A stretch of 64,000 nt of DNA from Somniosus microcephalus. Taxonomy: Eukaryota. Position 1 is the first letter of the stretch. Each line of letters starts with the position of its first letter. This document shows positions 13,581-24,690 of the stretch, in pieces. A program made the translations under genes and the position numbers. The DNA lies in NCBI GenBank assembly GCA_052327205.1, contig CM126221.1, positions 55,056,001 through 55,120,000 on the forward strand, in the 5' to 3' direction. Below the pieces are notes generated by a model. That model saw only the letters and a list, made by a program, of their open reading frames with translations. It was not told where the DNA came from and did not search any database.

Positions 13581-16376
13581 TAGGGTCTCTATTGCCGTGG
13601 ACAAATTGAGTTGCTTTTAACTGGCCGCTTTGCTTTGAGAGCTATGTTATCACCATTGTCCTGCTGAGCAGAGTAAACTGCTGCATGCACAACTAGCACT
13701 TTTTTCCTGTTTTCTTTCTGCTCCCCCCCCCCACCCCTGCCCCAACCCATCCTCATTTTCCTACCTATTCCGTTTCCATCTCCTGAAGGTTCTAACTTGC
13801 TGGGATACATATTCTTGGGTGTCGGCTGACTTTGGGCACCTTGTCCAAATTCCTCATTTTGAGTCAAAACGATGAATGGCAGGCAATTTGACTGTAAGAA
13901 GCATTGTAGTTGAGCCCAATCCAGTCCTCACTTGACACGAGTGTCGCTGGATAGCAATTTGAGTCGGGGACCCTGGCAGGCTTCACCCTTCCTCTTTCCC
14001 CCTCCCTTTATTCCAAGTTAGCACTTCAAAAGGAGTTGAAAGAAATGTACTGACAGTGGAAGTTTCCCAAGTCCATCTCCCTCCTGCTCTTGTAGTTGCA
14101 GGCACTTGATAACCGTTCACAATTCTTAACAAATTATCACAATTTAAAAAAAGTTTTTAAATAACCTTAAGTTAATTATAATCTGCTTGGAGATGAAAGA
14201 AAATGTATTAGTTTATTTTCCCTCCTGGCAATCTGCTATTGTAGCATTCAGTGTTGAAGCAGTATAAGTTTACACTGGCCTGAGATCTGCCTTGCCCTTC
14301 TAAAATATCTCTGCTAATGCAAACACTGATTTTGTTGATGTAAGCATTAACAAGCTTGTCTGTACTGCTGTGTGGGAATGAGATCAGGCTTGGACTGGTA
14401 TCGTGGGGTTTTTTTCCTTCAGAAAATCCCAGCTATCTGTTCTCAAAATTCATTGCACTGTCTGTAAATGGGAAGTATTTGAGAGTTTTTGGCACAGATA
14501 TTTTATTGAACTTAAAATTTTGCTCAGTGATGTTACATGGTCTTACAATCCCAATGAGAGTGTACAGAAATTACTTTTGTTAGGAGAAATGTCTTCATGT
14601 TTGTGAGTGTGATAAAATTGGCTGCATCGATTGCAAGTTCTCTAGATTGTATAAAAACATGCGTCAACCCTATCCTGTAGGACTTGTATTAAGTTAGGAA
14701 AAGAAGACATTAGCAGTAGTTAAAACAGCAAAACTGTGTCTGAGCATTCATTAGTGAAATACTACATTTATTCTGTTCCAGAGCTGCATCTAAACTTTTT
14801 TTTAATTAAGGCGCAATGACTCCATGGATTAGAGAGGAGAGCTGTAATCAGCATTAGTTGTAAATAAATAATATGCTAGCATAATCTTTAATTGAATCAA
14901 AAATTGGACCAGCATCTTGGGAAAGGGAAAAAGGATATTGTATGCAGGCAAGAGGCTGGCATTCCACCAAATGCTGTCCTGTTTTAAACTGCATGTGAAT
15001 CATCCTCCATTTGAAGAAACTTGGTACAGAGCGCACTGCTTCCAGTGACCAGAGGCCAACTATCTATTTCATATGGGTTGCCCTGAACTGCTTATTGCAG
15101 CTAATAGCTGACACCTTAATTAAACAGGTGATCAGACGGGTGCAGCATCAGTATGAATCCAAGCACTGATAACCGTGGCAAAGTGCCCTCTAAATTGGTC
15201 TCATTACCTGTGGAGGGGGAGGTGTAGTATTGTGCATTTGAGACAGCGTACTGTACTTGTCAGGTTGTAGACATCTTAACTTGCGCTGTCTTGTGCTTGT
15301 ATGTAACTTTTTGCTGGGAGGAACAATGTCCCAGGTGAGGTGCAGTAGTGTAATTCGAGGTCTGATCTTATCTGTATTCTGCCGGTTTCTGTTCTTGGAC
15401 CTTTCACCACAATATAGACCACAAGACCATTCAGCAAAACCCTAATGAGTATTTGTTTAATTAACTGCAGCTACTTCTGAGTATAGAAGAAACTCTGGAA
15501 AGGTTGCTATAGCGATCTACTTGTCCAAGACTGGCTGCAGTGTAACTTTTTTGCTTGTGGAATGCTTTAATGACTGACTGCTAGAGCTAATTCTTGGATT
15601 TGGCAGCTCAGCATGTCTCAATGGTGCTTTTTCCAATGCCATGTGGAACCTCCAGCCATTCCTGAATGGGGCAGCAATAATAGGATCTGCCCCAGACTTT
15701 TTATTTCCCTGATGATAGGAAATGTGAAGATGCATCTCCTACCAAACAGTTATAGAGCAGCTTGGGAACTTGTCTCTTTCCCGTCCAATCAGGAAGTGAT
15801 ATGACAGCAAGGCATCTAACAAAAAGAAAAAAATTAAACCTTTTCAGAACATGTTGGTTCATTAGTAAATATACGTAAATTATATGTAAATTACTGCATT
15901 TCTGACGAGTAAGACACCCGCTGTTGTAAATCAGGTAACTATCGAGCAGGAAATGAGCACGAAGAACAGCAATTGATTGTGGTTGTACTGATCCTAGGCC
16001 TGTGTGCCATGATGACAAGTGTTTTACAGGGAGTTGAAGGGCAAAGCTTCCATCGCCAGAAGTCCTCGGTTTCCTAGTGGTAGAATATAGATTTTTGGGA
16101 GCAAGAACGTCTCCCCTTCATTAGTCTAGTGAGAATAACTTCACTGATTTCTGGCCAGACTGCTCAGTGGAGACTTGTCTGCTATTTCATCCCAAGTCTT
16201 TGAAACAGGAAACCGTGAGAAGGAGACAGTGGTAATGAACCATATAGCCCAGGAAAGTTTCGGGTCTGATCCCTGGTCTATGTCGAAGTAGTTGATCTTA
16301 ATCAGGTAGTATAATAGGAATACTAAAGTTGGCTATGGTGCCTTTTGAATTGGGGAGGGAAAAGATCAACCAGGAT

Positions 16377-16840
16377 CAGCCGTGGCTCAGTGGTAGCATT
16401 CTCGCCTCTGAGTCAGAAGGTTGTGGGTTCTAGTCCCATACCAGAGACTTGAACACAAAATCTAGGGTGACACTCCCAGTGCAGTACAAATGGAGTGCTT
16501 CACTGTCAGAGGTGCCATCTTTTGGATGAGAAGTTAAACTGAGGCCCCGTCTGCCCCCTCAGGTGGATGTAAAAGCTCCCACGGCACTCTTTTGAAGAAA
16601 AGCAGGGGCGTTCTCCCTGGTGTCCTGGCCCATATTTATCCTCAACTAACATCAATCATTTTTTAAAAATTCTGCTCATCACATTGCTGTTTGTGGGACC
16701 TTGCTGTGTGCAAATTGGCTGCCCCGTTTCCTACATTACAGCAGTGACGACACTTCCAAAAGTACTTCATTGGCTGTAAATTGCTTTGGGATTACCTGAG
16801 GTCATGAAAGGCACTATAAAAATTCAAGTCTGTCTTTCTT
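16377..16840 (+). mobile_element. Full-length tRNA-derived SacSINE1/DeuSINE-like SINE
   Basis: A box tggctcagtggt, B box ggttctagtcc, Deu-like core ggatgagaagttaaactgagg...cccacggcact...ggtgtcctggcc, tail gcactataaaaattcaagtc(tttc). Confidence 0.85.
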
Positions 16841-17660
16841 ACTAACATTGCTAATCCAGCAACCGTTCTTGCAAAATGTCTGGACATCAGACGAAAAGCA
16901 AAGCACACTGCTGTGATGCCCGCCATTGTTGAATATCCTGTCCACATGCTGTTAAGGCTCAGATATGGAGACTGCCCACCTGGGGCAGGCACTGGAAGCT
17001 GATGTCTGTCCAAACAAACCTCAGTGGAATTTGGAGTTTTCAGGTAAGAAGGTGGAAAGGGAATCTTTGTTTTTGCAGAAACTGATTTTTTTATCTAAGG
17101 CTATAGACCTTTGCTTAATGTAGCATAAAAGAACAACTTGATCCTAAAGAAAGATGAATAATGTGCGAGCAATTTTCAACTCCTATAGTTAAGTGTTGCT
17201 GGATGCGTGCTGTGACATTGATGTTTAACTGTCCGTTTAACCATGTCTGTTTATTATTGCCCATCAATTTTTGAATGAATGCAAGCAGTTGTAACAGTAT
17301 GTAAGCTGTCATGGTGTTTGTGGAATACCAGCACCTGTTGCATGGGGATGTGAATGGAATGAAGGAAGGACAAGGTTAGTTGTGAAAAATGCTGTATGTT
17401 AAATAGTGTGTTCTAGTGCTCTTGGCTAGCAGTTACCTTTCTCCACTGGTTGTGCAGTAACTTCAGATTGCTTCTAGCAGTCTCTATGTGGGGTAGGGGG
17501 ACCAGGTCAACAAGACCTGGATCTGAAATGAGACACCACTGGTTTGTGTGTCTTGGTACTACACAATCTATGCTCCTAATAAATTGCAAATGATTGTGCT
17601 TGAAGTGAATGGAAACTCCACCAGTTCAAATAAATTTTAACCCTGAACAGTGTTTTAAAA

Positions 17661-18152
17661 TGGAGCAGGAGTAGGCCATTCGGCCCCTCGAGCCTGCTCC
17701 GTCATTCGATGAGATCATGGCTGATCATCCAATTTCAGTACCCTATCCCTGCTTTCTCCCCATATCCCTTGATCCCCTTAGCCTTAAGAAATATATCTAA
17801 CTCCTTCTTGAATATATTTAATGAATTGGCCTCAACTGCCTTCTGTGGTAGAGAATTCCACAGGTTCACCACTCTCTGGATGAAGAAATTCCTCCTCATC
17901 TCTGTCCTAAATGGCTTACCCCTTATCCTTAGACTGTGACCCCTGGTTCTGGACTCCCCTGCCATCGGGAACATCCTTCCTGCATCTAGTCTGTCTAGTC
18001 CTGTTAGAATTTTGTAAGTTTCAATGAGATCCCCTCTCATTCATCTAAACTCTAGCGAATATAAGCCCAATCGACCCAATCTCTCCTCATACGTCATTCC
18101 TGCCATCCCAGGTATCAGTCTAGTGAATCTTTGCTGCACTCTCTCCATGGCA
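17661..18152 (-). mobile_element. Young CR1 3' fragment
   Basis: Peptide MRGDLIETYKILTGLDRLDAGRMFP..QRVVNLWNSLP; nearly identical to 51029-51518. Confidence 0.92.
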
Positions 18153-18999
18153 AGAATTTGAATGGTTTTTCCTCTGATATGCAGGTTTCCTTAGCTGAAA
18201 AAATTGCAGTGCAATTCTGTGTAACTGCATCTTTGTCTCGAGCGAATAGACCCACAGGAGCAGTGCTTTAAACCACAACCGACTAACTGAAATACTCCAC
18301 CCCAAATGAATAACACATTGATTTGAGGAGCCGTGTTGTGCGATAACCCAGATGTTGTAAATCTGTCCTTTCCACTTCTTACAAAGGCTAACTAATGAAA
18401 GTAAATCTTCAGCTTAGTTTTATGGGGTTAACTTTGAATTGCTTGTCCAATTTCACACTCCAGTACAATATGGAGCTGAATAATCAACTCTGTGAAAGAT
18501 GCTGTGACTAGCATGCAATAGATGTGAATTGCAGAAGCTTTTGCTGACATTTCAGTTGAACATGAAGATGAAGTATTTATTCATCTTCATTCTATTCCTA
18601 GAACTTTTGTAATTAACAATGTTACCCCATAACAGCATCACCTTTAATTGGGCTATGTTCTGGGTTTTTTTTGCCCCAGTTTTCTCCTTCCTGGAAAGCA
18701 GAGCTGCATGCTGAAGTGGGGTTCCGTCATGTCTGACCTTAATCAGTGAGTGTGGGCAGGTTTGATTGAAAGCCACAGTGGCAGAGCCTGATCCTTTCCT
18801 TGCCTGACATCCAACACGCCATCCATGATGTCCAGCAGGGATCGCTGGATAGAGATTAGGACCAGATACCAAGTACAATTTTTTTAATTTACCCAACACT
18901 GCTGCCCCACCAAGATCAGCTAACTCCGCATAGGGACTGAAGCAGGAACCTTTCTGGTACCGCACCATGTGGTGCATTTACTCAATGGTCCACTAGAGG

Positions 19000-19157
19000 A
19001 TAGAAAAAGCTGGAAATACTCAGGTCAGGCAGCATCTGTGGAGAGAGAAACAGAGTTTAACGTTTCAGGTCGATGACCTTTCGTCAGAACGTCGTGAGTA
19101 TTTCCAGCATTTTCTGTTTTTATTTCAGATTTCCAGCATCTGCAGTATTTTGCTTTT
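19000..19157. mobile_element. Short Penelope pseudo-LTR insertion (inverted + direct halves) with 12-bp TSD
   Basis: gtccactagagg at 18988-18999 and 19158-19169; internal inverted segments; hammerhead-like core on the minus strand. Confidence 0.85.
19054..19090 (-). ncRNA. Minimal hammerhead-ribozyme-like motif of a Penelope pseudo-LTR
   Basis: Minus strand GTT CTGACGA A AGGTC-ATC-GACCT GAAA CGTT AAACT: CUGANGA/GAAA core, 5-bp stem II, palindromic AACGTT stem III. Confidence 0.55.
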
Positions 19158-20054
19158 GTCCACTAGAGGGTGCTAGTTAGAGTGCTGGAGAAAATATTAA
19201 TGGTTTTACCTTTTCCCATTGTGTCATATTTTGGTTAATTTTAGCCTCATTGTTTGGTAAATGGGGATTTCTGGAGTTTAATTGCTTCGTTTGATGCTGC
19301 TGATCTAGAGACTAAACACTGGAAATTCCCTAACCAAAACTATGAACAGTAATGTCAGCATAGTTGGCCCTATGTTTCTGCAGAGTAGCAGGGACGTTTG
19401 CTGGATTTGAGCTACAGTCTCCAGCTCGGAGCAAGCAGTTTGTAATAGTCACTCTCTTTAATCTAATCCCTGCACTTTGGATGTGTTTATCCTTGTGGCC
19501 CTCCTGTATTAAACTTGTCGTGCTGCAGTGTTCTTCCAGTGTACCAAAGTGATAAGACTTTCCCTCAGGGAAACTTGGAACCTCGAAGAGAAAAATCCAT
19601 GTTTCCTCGTTTCTGATCATGTGTGCTAAGCGGAGTGAGTTGTTTAAACAATTATAGTTAGTGTAAGCCACTCCATTTACCGTAGGAACATTTTGTAAGT
19701 GAACAGTAAAGTAGGTAAGTTCAGCAATCCAGCACTCCCAATGGGAAGCCATGCTCGAGGGGAACATGGATCTGAAAATCAGCACTACAATGTCATAACC
19801 TTGTCTCCAACCTCTGCTCCCTTTCTGCACAGCTTCCTTGTTGGGGGTGCAGGATCATTGCATTTACCCTAAAATTCCAAGCCTTTCTATCTCCCACCCA
19901 TTATATAGGGATTTACAAACTTTATTCACTGCCAGTACTAACCATTGCATGCAGTTTGATCAGTTGTGCAATCGACCAGAGTTAGTAGAATCAAAATGCA
20001 GTCATGATGAAGGCAGGTGTGGTATTTTAAAATGAATCCTTTCCCTCTCCACAG

Positions 20055-20204
20055 ATTCTGATTTACAGAGAGGAAGTTATTGTGAAACTGAGTGGCAAAC
20101 GCCAATACTTTCAGAAAAGTTCCAACGCAGGACAGAAAGGCGGCCCAGTACAGCCGACAGCGGGGACACTGCTTTGGGAACATCTTGTTCTGATAGCACA
20201 GACG
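20055..20204 (+). CDS. CEP85: CEP85 coding exon 2
   Basis: SDLQRGSYCETEWQTPILSEKFQRR...ADSGDTALGTSCSDSTD matches CEP85 TEWQTP..DSGDTAIGTSCSD; cag / gtgagt; phase 1-1. Confidence 0.93.
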
Positions 20205-20299
20205 GTGAGTTGATTAGAAATATACGGGGGAAAGTGCAGTCTGCATAAAAGTGCTTTGAGGTTTTAGGCTGCATTGCACATGTGTTCATCAAATAATAG

Positions 20300-20630
20300 A
20301 ACCTGAGCTTGGCCTCGGACTGTAACTGAGCCATGAAGGTCCCAGGATCATTTCCTGGTCAGTGTCTAATCAGTTGATCTCCATTGCAATAGTGGCCCTG
20401 GGTTAGGTAGGGGGAAATCAGCCAGGGTTTATCATGTCAGTAAGTAACTCCTGTTGGAAAGTATATGTGTTGAGTGAGGAATGGATTGGACTTGGCTGTG
20501 ATGCCCCTCTTTAGAAAAATAGTCTACTGACATTCAAAGTTGAAGGCTCACTGATAGTATCACTTGTGTAGGTTCTGGCAGGCAGCTAGATATAGATAAT
20601 GCCTTGAGGAGAGAGGGGAGAAAATTAACA
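20300..20630 (+). mobile_element. Ancient unclassified SINE-like family; other degenerate copies near 2900, 13900, 16230-17030, 18660-18990, 21140, 36960, 38595, 46600, 55440, 63670
   Basis: Recurring motifs aaggtcccagg.t..atccctggtc, gggttagg.aggggaaatcagccaggg, ggcttggctgtgatgccc and tail gccttcaggagag.ggggagaaaatt. Confidence 0.6.
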
Positions 20631-20708
20631 AAAATAAAACTTGCGTGTAGTTATCTTTTTGACATTGTTTGAAACGTAACACGCTTGCTTATTGAGACGT
20701 GTGTAAAT

Positions 20709-20980
20709 GGCTGTGCCGCTTGGCTCAGCTGGTAGCTCTGTCGCCTCTGAGTTGCAAGTTTGTGGTTTTCAGCCCCACGCCATCACATAACCTAGGCTGA
20801 CACTTGAGTGCAGTACTGAGTGCCGTCTTTCAGATAGACATTAAACTGGGCTGTTGTTTGCCTGGTCACATGACGGGGAGTTTTCCTGGTGTTGTGACCA
20901 ACATTGTTCCCTCAACCAACACCACCAAAAAACGCATTCATTTAATTGCTACTTTTGAAACCTTGCTTGTGCAAATTGAC
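20709..20980 (+). mobile_element. Degenerate SacSINE1-like SINE
   Basis: tggctcagctggtagctctgtcgcctctgagt head and shortened Deu core. Confidence 0.7.
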
Positions 20981-21271
20981 CATGGCAAGCAGTCACTAAA
21001 CTTTACCAAAGGAATTCATATTCAGTGCTTTCATATGTCTTTCAAGACTTGATGGGGCAACACCTGTCTTTCTTTCATACTCTGGAAATACAGACATGTG
21101 AAAATCTGATCTACCTGACTCTGCTTTCCCCTCCTGTAGGCAGTGACTGTTCTTGGTGGGACATCACAGCTGAACCTGATCCTTTTTTTATTTCCCCTTC
21201 ATAACTCGGGGGGCACTGAATTACACCGTCCCCTACTGCAGCCTTGACTGATTCTCATTTATAATGCTCGG

Positions 21272-24200
21272 TGACCCCCCCCCGGGGACCCGCCCTCCCT
21301 CGGTGGCTCGCTCCCCCCCGGGGACCCGCCCTCCCTCGGTGGCTCGCTCCCCCCCGGGGAGCCGCCCTCCCTCGGTGGCTCGCTCCCGGGGACCCGCCCT
21401 CCCTCGGTGGCTCGCTCCCCCCCGGGGACCCGCCCTCCCTCGGTGGCTCGCTCCCGGGGACCCGCCCTCCCTCGGTGGCTCGCTCCCGGGGACCCGCCCT
21501 CCCTCGGTGGCTCCCCCCGGGGACCCGCCCTCCCTCGGTGGCTCGCCCCCGGGGACCCGCCCTCCCTCGGTGGCTCGCCCCCGGGGACCCGCCCTCCCTC
21601 GGTGGCTCGCCCCCGGGGACCCGCCCTCCCTCGGTGGCTCGCCCCCGGGGACCCGCCCTCCCTCGGTGGCTCGCCCCCGGGGACCCGCCCTCCCTCGGTG
21701 GCTCGCCCGCCCCCGGGGACCCGCCCTCCCTCGGTGGCTCGCTCGCCCCCCGGGGACCCGCCCTCCCTCGGTGGCTCGCTCCCCCCCGGGGACCCGCCCT
21801 CCCTCGGTGGCTCGCTCCCCCCGGGGACCCGCCCTCCCTCGGTGGCTCGCTCCCGGGGACCCGCCCTCCCTCGGTGGCTCGCTCCCGGGGACCCGCCCTC
21901 CCTCGGTGGCTCGCTCCCGGGGACCCGCCCTCCCTCGGTGGCTCGCTCCCGGGGACCCGCCCTCCCTCGGTGGCTCGCTCCCGGGGACCCGCCCTCCCTC
22001 GGTGGCTCGCTCCCGGGGACCCGCCCTCCCTCGGTGGCTCGCTCCCGGGGACCCGCCCTCCCTCGGTGGCTCGCTCCCGGGGACCCGCCCTCCCTCGGTG
22101 GCTCGCTCCCGGGGACCCGCCCTCCCTCGGTGGCTCGCTCCCGGGACCCGCCCTCCCTCGGTGGCTCGCTCCCGGGGACCCGCCCTCCCTCGGTGGCTCG
22201 CTCCCGGGGACCCGCCCTCCCTCGGTGGCTCGCTCCCGGGGACCCGCCCTCCCTCGGTGGCTCGCTCCCGGGGACCCGCCCTCCCTCGGTGGCTCGCTCC
22301 CGGGGACCCGCCCTCCCTCGGTGGCTCGCTCCCGGGGACCCGCCCTCCCTCGGTGGCTCGCTCCCGGGGACCCGCCCTCCCTCGGTGGCTCGCTCCCGGG
22401 GACCCGCCCTCCCTCGGTGGCTCGCTCCCGGGGACCCGCCCTCCCTCGGTGGCTCGCTCCCGGGGACCCGCCCTCCCTCGGTGGCTCGCTCCCGGGGACC
22501 CGCCCTCCCTCGGTGGCTCGCTCCCGGGGACCCGCCCTCCCTCGGTGGCTCGCTCCCGGGGACCCGCCCTCCCTCGGTGGCTCGCTCCCGGGGACCCGCC
22601 CTCCCTCGGTGGCTCGCTCCCGGGGACCCGCCCTCCCTCGGTGGCTCGCACCCGGGGACCCGCCCTCCCTCGGTGGCTCGCTCCCGGGGACCCGCCCTCC
22701 CTCGGTGGCTCGCTCCCGGGGACCCGCCCTCCCTCGGTGGCTCGCTCCCGGGGACCCGCCCTCCCTCGGTGGCTCGCTCCCGGGGACCCGCCCTCCCTCG
22801 GTGGCTCGCTCCCGGGGACCCGCCCTCCCTCGGTGGCTCGCTCCCGGGGACCCGCCCTCCCTCGGTGGCTCGCTCCCGGGGAACCCGCCCTCCCTCGGTG
22901 GCTCGCTCCCGGGGACCCGCCCTCCCTCGGTGGCTCGCTCCCGGGGACCCGCCCTCCCTCGGTGGCTCGCTCCCGGGGACCCGCCCTCCCTCGGTGGCTC
23001 GCTCCCGGGGACCCGCCCTCCCTCGGTGGCTCGCTCCCGGGGACCCGCCCTCCCTCGGTGGCTCGCTCCCGGGGACCCGCCCTCCCTCGGTGGCTCGCTC
23101 CCGGGGACCCGCCCTCCCTCGGTGGCTCGCTCCCGGGGACCCGCCCTCCCTCGGTGGCTCGCTCCCGGGGACCCGCCCTCCCTCGGTGGCTCGCTCCCGG
23201 GGACCCGCCCTCCCTCGGTGGCTCGCTCCCGGGGACCCGCCCTCCCTCGGTGGCTCGCTCCCGGGGACCCGCCCTCCCTCGGTGGCTCGCTCCCGGGGAC
23301 CCGCCCTCCCTCGGTGGCTCGCTCCCGGGGACCCGCCCTCCCTCGGTGGCTCGCTCCCGGGGACCCGCCCTCCCTCGGTGGCTCGCTCCCGGGGACCCGC
23401 CCTCCCTCGGTGGCTCGCTCCCGGGGACCCGCCCTCCCTCGGTGGCTCGCTCCCGGGGACCCGCCCTCCCTCGGTGGCTCGCTCCCGGGGACCCGCCCTC
23501 CCTCGGTGGCTCGCTCCCGGGGACCCGCCCTCCCTCGGTGGCTCGCTCCCGGGGACCCGCCCTCCCTCGGTGGCTCGCTCCCGGGGACCCGCCCTCCCTC
23601 GGTGGCTCGCTCCCGGGGACCTGCCCTCCCTCGGTGGCTCGCTCCCGGGGACCCGCCCTCCCTCGGTGGCTCGCTCCCGGGGACCCGCCCTCCCTCGGTG
23701 GCTCGCTCCCGGGGACCCGCCCTCCCTCGGTGGCTCGCTCCCGGGGACCCGCCCTCCCTCGGTGGCTCGCTCCCGGGGACCCGCCCTCCCTCGGTGGCTC
23801 GCTCCCGGGGACCCGCCCTCCCTCGGTGGCTCGCTCCCGGGGACCCGCCCTCCCTCGGTGGCTCGCTCCCGGGGACCCGCCCTCCCTCGGTGGCTCGCTC
23901 CCGGGGACCCGCCCTCCCTCGGTGGCTCGCTCCCGGGGACCCGCCCTCCCTCGGTGGCTCGCTCCCGGGGACCCGCCCTCCCTCGGTGGCTCGCTCCCGG
24001 GGACCCGCCCTCCCTCGGTGGCTCGCTCCCGGGGACCCGCCCTCCCTCGGTGGCTCGCTCCCGGGGACCCGCCCTCCCTCGGTGGCTCGCTCCCGGGGAC
24101 CCGCCCTCCCTCGGTGGCTCGCTCCCGGGGACCCGCCCTCCCTCGGTGGCTCGCTCCCGGGGACCCGCCCTCCCTCGGTGGCTCGCTCCCGGGGACCCGC

Positions 24201-24690
24201 CCTCCCTCGGTGGCTCGCTCCCGGGGACCCGCCCTCCCTCGGTGGCTCGCTCCCGGGGACCCGCCCTCCCTCGGTGGCTCGCTCCCGGGGACCCGCCCTC
24301 CCTCGGTGGCTCGCTCCCGGGGACCCGCCCTCCCTCGGTGGCTCGCTCCCGGGGACCCGCCCTCCCTCGGTGGCTCGCTCCCGGGGACCCGCCCTCCCTC
24401 GGTGGCTCGCTCCCGGGGACCCGCCCTCCCTCGGTGGCTCGCTCCCGGGGACCCGCCCTCCCTCGGTGGCTCGCTCCCGGGGACCCGCCCTCCCTCGGTG
24501 GCTCGCTCCCGGGGACCCGCCCTCCCTCGGTGGCTCGCTCCCGGGGACCCGCCCTCCCTCGGTGGCTCGCTCCCGGGGACCCGCCCTCCCTCGGTGGCTC
24601 GCTCCCGGGGACCCGCCCTCCCTCGGTGGCTCGCTCCCCCCGGGGACCCGCCCTCCCTCGGTGGCTCGCTCCCCCCCCCCCCCCCCCCGG
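21272..24690. repeat. 32-bp GC-rich minisatellite, about 105 copies
   Basis: Unit ccggggacccgccctccctcggtggctcgctc (26/32 GC, 4 CpG); near-perfect centre, variable C-runs at both edges. Confidence 0.98.

Noticed and set aside
16383-16440. tRNA gene
   Set aside because: A and B boxes continue into a SINE body; no acceptor stem or cloverleaf.
21272-24690. CRISPR-like array (32-bp repeats)
   Set aside because: Head-to-tail repeats with no unique spacers, no cas genes, eukaryotic context.
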